DNA of 64,000 bases, taken from positions 1 to 64,000 of the IMG/VR virus record IMGVR_UViG_3300032004_000001; one strand, written 5' to 3'. Shown in pieces: positions 34,710-41,874 of this stretch. Position numbers and translations under genes: made by a program. This DNA is from a virus (lineage: Duplodnaviria; Caudoviricetes). A model generated the notes under the pieces. The model made no database searches. It was not told where the DNA came from and worked only from the letters and a program-made list of their open reading frames with translations. The stretch's first letter is position 1; each line of letters opens with the position of its first letter.

Positions 34710-35227
34710 ATGCCTTCCACAAAGTTCGCAGCCTGTTCGACAACCTGATCCAGAAGGCCGGCAAGGTCTCTTCGCTGACCCCTGCGCCGGAGTGGAGCCC
34801 GGAGGTCTACGAACTGCAGATCGCAGCCGACGAAGCTGCGGTGTTCATCACGCCGGACAACGCCGGGGAGCAGAAGCTCGAGGACCTCTTCCACTACAAC
34901 GGCCTGACGCCCAACGAAGCTGAGCGCCTGGCTATCCTGGCCGAGGAGATGGGCGAGGCACTGCAGATCGTTGGCAAGATCCTGCGCCATGGCTATGAGA
35001 GCACCAGCCCTGTTAGCACGGACCTGCGTACCAACCGCGAGATGCTGGCGCACGAGCTGACCGACGTTGAGGCAGCCATCACGATGATCGCCCGGGACAT
35101 CCCGGCGATTTACCGGCAGCCGGAGCACGACATCGAAATCAACAAGGCCATGCTCAAGAAGCTGATGTGGTCTCACCACCAGAAGTCCGACTTCGCCGAG
35201 TTCATCGAAGCGATGGACAAGCTGTGA
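34706..35227 (+). CDS. MazG-like NTP pyrophosphohydrolase (3rd)
   Basis: LAEEMGEALQIVGKILRHG...HELTDV. Confidence 0.75.
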   Translation: MNAFHKVRSLFDNLIQKAGKVSSLTPAPEWSPEVYELQIAADEAAVFITPDNAGEQKLEDLFHYNGLTPNEAERLAILAEEMGEALQIVGKILRHGYESTSPVSTDLRTNREMLAHELTDVEAAITMIARDIPAIYRQPEHDIEINKAMLKKLMWSHHQKSDFAEFIEAMDKL

Positions 35228-35418
35228 GCATGGGCCAATATCGGACTGGGCCAATATCGGACAGGGCCTCATCGGCCCTTCTCCACTACTTCGCCCAGTG
35301 CGGTCACACCCAGGAGAAGATGGACTGGCTGATGGAACAGATCCGCGATCCACAGCCGGTCAACCTGAATCCCGCCCTCTTATCCCTGGCTGTAGCCGAC
35401 GCCATCAAATCCATGTAA
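35224..35418 (+). CDS. Hypothetical protein
   Basis: GTGA coupling. Confidence 0.55.
   Translation: MSMGQYRTGPISDRASSALLHYFAQCGHTQEKMDWLMEQIRDPQPVNLNPALLSLAVADAIKSM
35232..35268 (+). repeat. 16-bp tandem direct repeat (2.3 copies)
   Basis: GGGCCAATATCGGACT GGGCCAATATCGGACA GGGCC. Confidence 0.85.
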
Positions 35419-35421
35419 TCT

Positions 35422-35433
35422 CGCTAACTAGCG
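35422..35433. promoter_or_regulatory. Putative operator CGCTAACTAGCG (reverse orientation), directly after -10-like TAATCT
   Basis: Reverse complement identical to 31324-31335. Confidence 0.6.
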
Positions 35434-35457
35434 ACATATCCCTATCTAGGAGGCGCC

Positions 35458-37737
35458 ATGCGTCTGTTGTCTATCGTCACCACGAATTTCAAGAAGCTCG
35501 GCAGCATGACTGCTGACTTCACCCTGGGCCTGAACGTCATCGCCGGCGACAATGCCCAGGGCAAGTCCACGCTGCTCGAAGCGATCGGCGTGTGCCTGTT
35601 CGGCGTCAGCATGTCCTCTTCCAAGAAAGAGAACATCCCTACCTGGGGCCAGACCAAGTTCGAGATTGAGCTGGGCTTCCAGCTGCCCTGCGGTACCTAT
35701 TCCCTGACCCGCAATGGCTCGACGGCCAAGCTGCTGCGCCTGCCAACCGAGGCCGGCGCCAAGCCTGAGATCGTGGCCAACGGGAACACTGCGGTGACTG
35801 ACGAAGTCGAAAGCCTGCTGGGCCTCTCGGCCAAGGATTGGAACCTGTTTGTCCAGTCCGAGCAGGGTTCCTCGGCCGGCATCCTGAAATACGGCGCTGC
35901 AGCGCTCAACCGCAAGGTTGAAGAGTTCGCCGGTGTCGACCTGATCGACAAGGTCCAGGCTGAGGCCCAGCGCCAGTCGACCACCCACACCGGCAAGGCC
36001 GACGCCAAGTCGGTCGACGAGGAAGTGCTCAAGGCAGCTGAGGAAGCCCTTGCAGCCGCCGTTTCAACTGTCAACGAAGCAAGCGCTGCCGTGACGGCCA
36101 CAACTGATGCGCTGGAACAGCACGGAGAGTTCAGCGCTTCACAGCCTGCCTCTTCCGCAGCGATGCGCCAGGCACTGGCCGATGTCGTCACCCTGTCCAA
36201 CAAGATCGGAGTGGCAGAGGTCCAGGTCAAGAACATGCAGGAGCGTGTCGACGAGGCCAAAGCGCGCCTTGAAGGTCGCTCCCTGCAGGACGAGGCTGCC
36301 CTGCGCGCTGAGATGCAACAGGCGCGTAACACTGGCGGCGAGTTGGCTGTTGCCGAGAAGAACCTGCAGGACGAGCTGGCTCACCGCAAAGCTGTGCAGC
36401 AGGACACCGACGAGTCGGGTCTGGTATTGGATACCCGTCAGGTGGAGTTCAACGCTGACTGGGCTGAGTTCGAGGAGTTCGAGGAGGACGAGGTCATCGC
36501 CGAGATCGCCCTGCTCGACAAGGCCATCCCTGCCGGTGAAACCGATCTGGCCGCGCGCCAGGAAGAAGTCGGCAAGGCCAAAGGTGCCTACGACAACCTC
36601 AGCATGCTCTCGGCCGGCGCCGTGTGCCCGACCTGCAACCGGGCCAAAGAAGATCACGACCCTGCCAAACTGGCCGAGGAGGCGGAGGAAGCCAAGCAAT
36701 ACTGGGAGACCCGCAAGGCTTCGGTTGCTGAGCTGCAGAAGGACATCACCGCCTGCAAAACTCGCCGCACGGAGCTGCAAGGCAGGCTGGCTGCCTACAA
36801 CGCAGCTGCAGCTGCGGTTGACAAGGCCGCGGAGGGCTTCAAGTCGAACACAGCTGCCCTGGCGGGCCTGCGCAAGGCAGAGGTGATCCAAGCCGAGCTG
36901 GACGCCGCTACCGCGGAGCTGACGGCCTCTCGCGAGGCTTATGCTGAGCTCAACGCCAAACTGAAAGGTCTGACGGCAGCAAACGAGGCGTTCAACGCCG
37001 ACACCGAAGCACTGGCAAAGGCTGATAAGGCGTTGCTGGCCAACGAGGTCACGCTGCAGCTGCTCAACGACGAACTGGAGGCTATGCCTGAGCCGCCTAC
37101 CGACGCTGAGGTACGCGCTGCTGAAGTGGCTGAGACAGCCTACCAGGACGCCCTGAACCGCTGGAAAGAGAAGCGTGCCGAACTGCAGGCGGCCGTCAAC
37201 GCTGCAGCACTGGAGTTGAAGCACTGCTCCCAGCTGCGCGACCTGGCCGAGGAGAAGCTGACCGGCCTGCAGGCTGACATCGCTGCAGCGCTGGAACACC
37301 AGGTGGCCGCCAAGAAGTACAGCCGCCTGGTCCAGTTCCTGCGTGAGCGTCGCCAGCAGTACCTCAAAGAGGTGTGGGACACCATCCTGGGCGTGGCCAG
37401 CAAGCTGGTGCGCACTGCCTCCAAGGATTTGATCACCCGCATCGGCAACGATGACGGCGAGTTCCAGTTCGAGGAAGAGGGCATCATGGCTCCGGCATCG
37501 AGTGCCTCGGGCGCGCAGAAGGCTATGATTGGTGTGTCGCTGCGCATTGGCCTGGCCCGCGCGCTGTACGGCAAGGACAGCCTGTTGATCTTCGACGAGC
37601 CCACCGAGTCGTGCCGTGAGCACAACGCAGCCTCCCTGGCTGCCATGATCGCCGGTAGCGCCAAGCAGGTGCTGCTGATCACCCACCGTGAAACTGACCA
37701 AGCGCTGGCGGAAAACATCGTCAACGTGGGGAGCTGA
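35458..37737 (+). CDS. sbcC: SbcC/Rad50-like SMC ATPase
   Basis: GDNAQGKST, Q-loop VQSEQG, coiled coils, Zn hook CPTC, signature ASGAQ, IFDEP, ITH. Confidence 0.92.
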   Translation: MRLLSIVTTNFKKLGSMTADFTLGLNVIAGDNAQGKSTLLEAIGVCLFGVSMSSSKKENIPTWGQTKFEIELGFQLPCGTYSLTRNGSTAKLLRLPTEAGAKPEIVANGNTAVTDEVESLLGLSAKDWNLFVQSEQGSSAGILKYGAAALNRKVEEFAGVDLIDKVQAEAQRQSTTHTGKADAKSVDEEVLKAAEEALAAAVSTVNEASAAVTATTDALEQHGEFSASQPASSAAMRQALADVVTLSNKIGVAEVQVKNMQERVDEAKARLEGRSLQDEAALRAEMQQARNTGGELAVAEKNLQDELAHRKAVQQDTDESGLVLDTRQVEFNADWAEFEEFEEDEVIAEIALLDKAIPAGETDLAARQEEVGKAKGAYDNLSMLSAGAVCPTCNRAKEDHDPAKLAEEAEEAKQYWETRKASVAELQKDITACKTRRTELQGRLAAYNAAAAAVDKAAEGFKSNTAALAGLRKAEVIQAELDAATAELTASREAYAELNAKLKGLTAANEAFNADTEALAKADKALLANEVTLQLLNDELEAMPEPPTDAEVRAAEVAETAYQDALNRWKEKRAELQAAVNAAALELKHCSQLRDLAEEKLTGLQADIAAALEHQVAAKKYSRLVQFLRERRQQYLKEVWDTILGVASKLVRTASKDLITRIGNDDGEFQFEEEGIMAPASSASGAQKAMIGVSLRIGLARALYGKDSLLIFDEPTESCREHNAASLAAMIAGSAKQVLLITHRETDQALAENIVNVGS

Positions 37738-37738
37738 T

Positions 37739-38197
37739 ATGACCCACGACCTGGTGATTACCCGAGCCCACTTCCATTGCGGCTCGTTGGTCGGCCCTAC
37801 CGAGATCAAATTCACCACCGAAGACGGTGGTGAGCTGGTCTGGAATGGCATCGTACTGCCATGGGACGAGCCTGTGGTGGTTAGCGTCCCTGGCGACGGT
37901 GAGCTGTCCATCGAACACTGTCAGATGTCCACTGTATCCATCTCCCGCAAGGAGTATCTCATGCGCACAACCCGAATGACCTTCGAAGAAGTGACCGTCA
38001 ACCCAAGCAAGTCGGGCACCTGCCCGGTGTGCGGGAAGAAGGCCAACCGCTCCACCAAGTTCATGCAGACGCTGAACCCGTTCAACACGAACGACGACGG
38101 CAGCCTGAAGACCCGGGCACAGATCCACGACGAGCTGGCGATCAAGGTCGCCGAGTGGAGAACCAAGCCCACTTTCCATGCAAAATGTGAGGGATAA
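37739..38197 (+). CDS. Hypothetical protein with CPVC zinc knuckle (possible internal start MRTTR)
   Basis: GGGAG RBS; internal AAGGAG RBS before MRTTRM. Confidence 0.65.
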   Translation: MTHDLVITRAHFHCGSLVGPTEIKFTTEDGGELVWNGIVLPWDEPVVVSVPGDGELSIEHCQMSTVSISRKEYLMRTTRMTFEEVTVNPSKSGTCPVCGKKANRSTKFMQTLNPFNTNDDGSLKTRAQIHDELAIKVAEWRTKPTFHAKCEG

Positions 38198-38199
38198 CG

Positions 38200-38448
38200 A
38201 TGTCGCGCACAATGACGGAAATACCGAAGGCCGGCGAAACCTTCCGGCACCAGTCCGGCCGGGATTACACCGTGCTTTGCCTGGCCAAGGATGATGACCG
38301 GGAGGAGCTGCTGGTGATCCATAAGGGTGAGGACGGCGCCATCTGGTCTCGCCCTATCGGCAACTTCATGGGACTGCGCAATGGAATGCCGCGCTTCGAG
38401 AAGACTGCTGAGGCGGACGCCTCTGCCCTCGCGAGGAAATTGAGATGA
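38200..38448 (+). CDS. DUF1653-like protein
   Basis: FRHQSGRDYTV...VIHK...IWSRP..F. Confidence 0.7.
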   Translation: MSRTMTEIPKAGETFRHQSGRDYTVLCLAKDDDREELLVIHKGEDGAIWSRPIGNFMGLRNGMPRFEKTAEADASALARKLR

Positions 38449-38738
38449 CCCTGGAAGCAGTCCTCGGCGAACGCTGTCAACATTGTGGCCACGTTGAAGA
38501 GATGACCCACTGGAACCCACCAGGCAACCTGGCCCCGGTGGGGGCCTGGATGTACATCAAGCTGCCTGCTGGTGAACAGTGCCACGATGAGAGTGGCTGC
38601 GGGGTCGGCATCACGCAATCTGATGCCGTCGTCATCGCCTTCCGGACTCGGCACCTGTCCGAGCGTGAGGGAAACATGGAGTACCGGCTGCTCGATGGCA
38701 GCACGGTCTTCGGCAAGTTTTGGTGGACCCACGCTTAG
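38445..38738 (+). CDS. Hypothetical protein
   Basis: Last + strand gene; ATGA coupling. Confidence 0.7.
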   Translation: MTLEAVLGERCQHCGHVEEMTHWNPPGNLAPVGAWMYIKLPAGEQCHDESGCGVGITQSDAVVIAFRTRHLSEREGNMEYRLLDGSTVFGKFWWTHA

Positions 38739-38740
38739 CA

Positions 38741-38767
38741 ACAAAAAGGGCGGCCCCGGCCGCCCTT
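38741..38767 (-). terminator. Terminator at the convergent strand switch
   Basis: AAGGGCGGC-CCCG-GCCGCCCTT; U-tract (TTTTTGT) on the - strand. Confidence 0.85.
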
Positions 38768-38771
38768 CCCA

Positions 38772-39308
38772 TCACCCACCGGCTACGACCGGCCCCTTCG
38801 CAAGACCCTTCAATCCCTTTCGCACCAAATCATAAGCTACTTCACAGCTGGCGCCGGCGGCTCTGGCTCGGTCAGCCTCTTCTGCCAACCCTTTTGCCAG
38901 GTGCTGAGATTCTCCAAGCAGCTGGGAATACAGAAAGGCGGCCGAGGTTGCTGCCTGGCCTCGGCGGGCAACTCCGGGATCGCAGGCGGCGGCACTGATA
39001 CGCTGATCTGCTGCTTTGAGCAGCCCAGTAGTGCTGTCGCCAGCAGCAGCGACGTTGTCAGTAATCTGCTTCTGTTCATCGCGTGCCTTCTTTCCCAGTT
39101 CGTTGATCTGCAGCTGCAGCGCCTGCTCCGCCTGCCTGGCCTCTTCCTTGGCAGCGGCTGTGGCGTCATCAAAGGTCTTTCGCAGCCCTAGCAGGTCCAG
39201 GTCGGCCTGCGTGCTACGGATCTGCCAGGCGGTGTACCCGCCCGCCCCTAGACCGATAGCCAGCGCAGCGCCAACCGCGATGATCAGGACCTTGAGGTCG
39301 AACATCAC
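38772..39308 (-). CDS. Rz: Inner-membrane spanin (Rz, DUF2514-like)
   Basis: N-terminal TM, Ala-rich coiled coil, AEEADRARAAGASCE; follows the endolysin. Confidence 0.85.
   Translation of the reverse strand: MMFDLKVLIIAVGAALAIGLGAGGYTAWQIRSTQADLDLLGLRKTFDDATAAAKEEARQAEQALQLQINELGKKARDEQKQITDNVAAAGDSTTGLLKAADQRISAAACDPGVARRGQAATSAAFLYSQLLGESQHLAKGLAEEADRARAAGASCEVAYDLVRKGLKGLAKGPVVAGG
38837..39079 (-). CDS. Rz1: Outer-membrane lipoprotein spanin (Rz1), fully embedded in Rz
   Basis: MNRSRLLTTSLLLATALLG-C lipobox, Pro-rich, second Cys pair, W-rich C-terminus. Confidence 0.85.
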   Translation of the reverse strand: MNRSRLLTTSLLLATALLGCSKQQISVSVPPPAIPELPAEARQQPRPPFCIPSCLENLSTWQKGWQKRLTEPEPPAPAVK

Positions 39309-39850
39309 GCAGCGTCCAACGCTAGCATAGCCCTACTCATACGTTTCTTGCGGTCCTCAATACCGTTGTAGCCGCCGTTGATTCTCTTGGTCTGCGCCAT
39401 GATGTCGTTGGACAGGCTGTTGAGCTTGTTCTTCTTCCAAAACCAAGCTGCCGACAGGGCAGCGTATTTAGGGATCTCCAGCAGCTCCGGTTGCTCGAGC
39501 AGGCGGCGGTCACCAAACAGCGCCAGGCTGCAAGCTTCGTAGTTGCTCTTGCCGGTAACCTGGATCAGGCCGCGTCCTGCGTACAGCTGACCATCCCCGT
39601 CCTTCTCAGGCGTGTTGCCCAGTCGTTCTGCCAGACGGCCCGTGTCGTACTTGCTCAGGTAGTCGTCACTGCCCATCTCCTTGACCACGCCGAAGCTCAA
39701 ACTTTCGTGGCCCGTCTGTGCGAGGAAGGAGGCAATCGAGCGAGGGAGGGTAATGTCAGCGTATTCCAGCGCTGCGTTGATAGCGTCGACCCACTTGTTC
39801 GCGCGCGCGAGGGGGATCCCGACTGCTGCAGCCAACGTTTTAGCGTCCAT
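39305..39850 (-). CDS. Endolysin, glycoside hydrolase family 19
   Basis: FLAQTGHES, YAGRGLIQVTGKSNY, SAAWFW, TKRINGGYNG. Confidence 0.92.
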   Translation of the reverse strand: MDAKTLAAAVGIPLARANKWVDAINAALEYADITLPRSIASFLAQTGHESLSFGVVKEMGSDDYLSKYDTGRLAERLGNTPEKDGDGQLYAGRGLIQVTGKSNYEACSLALFGDRRLLEQPELLEIPKYAALSAAWFWKKNKLNSLSNDIMAQTKRINGGYNGIEDRKKRMSRAMLALDAA

Positions 39851-40157
39851 AGGGCATTCTCTTTCGTGCTTGGTGGAGGACTTTTGCGACGTTGCCGCCG
39901 TTGGCGACAACCAGGATCGTGACGATGGCTACGAACAACACCAGCCAGATTTCGGAGTTCGGGGCTATGTGGGCAAAGCCGGAGTAGCCCTGCGTGGCCA
40001 GGGCCAGTGATGTGCCTGCAAGGCCGAAGGCCAGGACACTGGAGAACATCCGTGTGCGGTGCTCACTGCTGTAAGCGATCACCGAGAAGAATGTGATCAT
40101 GTGGAGCACAATGCGAATGCTTAGAAGCACTTCCCCGTAAGTAGGATCATTGCTCAT
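39840..40157 (-). CDS. Putative 3-TM holin
   Basis: Three hydrophobic segments ending NGGNVA plus a basic tail. Confidence 0.7.
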   Translation of the reverse strand: MSNDPTYGEVLLSIRIVLHMITFFSVIAYSSEHRTRMFSSVLAFGLAGTSLALATQGYSGFAHIAPNSEIWLVLFVAIVTILVVANGGNVAKVLHQARKRMPYGR

Positions 40158-40542
40158 CGCCGCCTCGCTTTAACCGTAGGATTGCGTTAATCATCGAGGA
40201 CATCCATTGTGGAAGGTCCCCGTCGTTTTTAACCATCAGGTTGAGGGCACCGAGAACCGCAGAAGCTACAGCTGCCCCTATGACCGCTGCCAGCATTGAG
40301 CTGTTGCTGGAAAACGCAATACCCACAGCGTATCCGAACCCCCAAGACACCACTGTGAGTCCGATTTTGCGAATAAGTTTTAGGAACCAGGAAGATACTA
40401 CGGGGTCAGGGAGGAGGACGAAGAACACGCACCCAAACGAGGCGCCCATCGCCGAGCCAGGGTGCAGCTGCTCGAGTATGGACCACGCGTAGACTGCAGA
40501 GACCGTCAGCCACCCTGTACTCGAAGCTGGATCAGTAGTCAT
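40147..40542 (-). CDS. Putative holin / holin partner (multi-TM)
   Basis: Hydrophobic, GASFG..FF motif; first gene of the lysis cassette. Confidence 0.65.
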   Translation of the reverse strand: MTTDPASSTGWLTVSAVYAWSILEQLHPGSAMGASFGCVFFVLLPDPVVSSWFLKLIRKIGLTVVSWGFGYAVGIAFSSNSSMLAAVIGAAVASAVLGALNLMVKNDGDLPQWMSSMINAILRLKRGGDEQ

Positions 40543-40570
40543 CAGCGGCTATTTCCTTATAACGTGTGGC

Positions 40571-40602
40571 CGCAGGATAGCGGTTTGCCACCTTGTTCAC
40601 AA
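40571..40602 (-). promoter_or_regulatory. Sigma70-like promoter for the lysis cassette with a degenerate operator over -10
   Basis: - strand TTGTGA-17-TATCCT; CGCTATCCTGCG (40571-40582) keeps the CGC-N6-GCG frame. Confidence 0.4.
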
Positions 40603-40626
40603 GGATCCAAGGTGGTACCGGTCGGA

Positions 40627-40920
40627 TCAGCTTGGGCGAACGGGCCTTTTACTGGCATCTGGAAAATCTACATGGCCCTCTTTCCAGGCGCGGACTTTAG
40701 TTCGGTACGCCAACCATTGTGCGCGAGTGCCTGGCATGAGGTCCGGCACTTCTTCCCCTGCTTCGGCTTCTTCGATAGCCATTAGCTGGTTGCCAATGAC
40801 CGCGATTTCAGCGTTACGCCAAGCATCTTCAATAATTACTAGCTGGGCGCGAATAGCTGCGGCAGCAGCCTCGTCTTTCATGGCTTTGGTGATCAGTTTG
40901 GACCAGTCAATATTGCTCAT
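40627..40920 (-). CDS. Tail-fibre-associated/assembly protein
   Basis: MSNIDWSKLITK...QWLAYR...FPD...RPVRP pattern typical of Pseudomonas fibre chaperones. Confidence 0.75.
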   Translation of the reverse strand: MSNIDWSKLITKAMKDEAAAAAIRAQLVIIEDAWRNAEIAVIGNQLMAIEEAEAGEEVPDLMPGTRAQWLAYRTKVRAWKEGHVDFPDASKRPVRPS

Positions 40921-40977
40921 TGGGCGCCTCTACTTTGACAGCATTAAATACTAAACTTTCACCAGCTGCCTTATTGG

Positions 40978-41355
40978 TTAAACCAACAGGCTGCTCCCTG
41001 GACTCAGTTGAGCCTGAGCAAATAAATCTGCTCGTTGTTGCAGTTCTTCTTCTGTGGGCTCACGGGGTGACGGAAATGCGACCGGACCATCGGGGACGTT
41101 TTCCAATGGAACTGGGAATGCCTGTTCCTGGCTATAATTCCACGGATTTGGTAGCAACAATGTGAGTACTAGCTCACCATTGACGCGATCAATATCGCCT
41201 GCGAACCAAAGGGAGTTAATAGCACCCCAAGGCAGCGTGTCACCTTCACCAATTGGCGACAGGTCGAAATCTTCACCATTTACAGTAAGGATATCGCCAT
41301 TTTTGATAACGTCGAGGGTATCGTCACGACGTTGAGGACTTAGTATAATTTTCAT
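40978..41355 (-). CDS. Tail-fibre assembly protein
   Basis: MKIILSPQRRDD...NGEDFD...LTLLLP...EQAFP. Confidence 0.75.
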   Translation of the reverse strand: MKIILSPQRRDDTLDVIKNGDILTVNGEDFDLSPIGEGDTLPWGAINSLWFAGDIDRVNGELVLTLLLPNPWNYSQEQAFPVPLENVPDGPVAFPSPREPTEEELQQRADLFAQAQLSPGSSLLV

Positions 41356-41874
41356 TTAGAACCACCTCCCGATAGCTATTTGTAGAACTGTAACAGTTGT
41401 AGTTGTAGAAAAGGCCGACACAGGATAGATAACAGGACCACTTGAAACTGTACCTACCGCAACAAGCGCGGCCCATACAACTTGCCCACCAGGACCAGAA
41501 AGCGATAGTGTGACAGAGGGTAGCGATACGAAAGTACTAGCGTAGGGCGAGCCAGCTAAAGCACCCCCATAGTAATAGATACTACCTAGAAGCGAAGTCA
41601 TCGCAATGTTTGGAAACGTAGCAGTGCGATGACAAATCATCGTCCCATCAGCGTATTTGATAAAAGTTCCGTTGGTGTTAGTAGAAGTCTCAATAATAGA
41701 CCCTGTAGGAACACCCCCCGACTGCGAGACAGTCCCTACAATATTCGCAACAGCGGCGGACCCTAGCCCTAATCCTGTCCTAGCCGCTGATTGCGTAGTA
41801 CCTCCAGTACCCCCCATAGAAACTGGGACCGGTATACGAAGTTTAGATAAGCTTTTAGCCAATGAAATTGTCAT
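41356..41874 (-). CDS. Second, stand-alone tail-fibre tip (gp53-like domain)
   Basis: ATGA overlap with the fibre stop; GGTG..T...ART.LGLG.AAVA.IVGTVSQSGGVPTGSIIE...NG...KYADGTMIC...AIGRWF paralogous to the fibre C-terminus. Confidence 0.85.
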   Translation of the reverse strand: MTISLAKSLSKLRIPVPVSMGGTGGTTQSAARTGLGLGSAAVANIVGTVSQSGGVPTGSIIETSTNTNGTFIKYADGTMICHRTATFPNIAMTSLLGSIYYYGGALAGSPYASTFVSLPSVTLSLSGPGGQVVWAALVAVGTVSSGPVIYPVSAFSTTTTVTVLQIAIGRWF

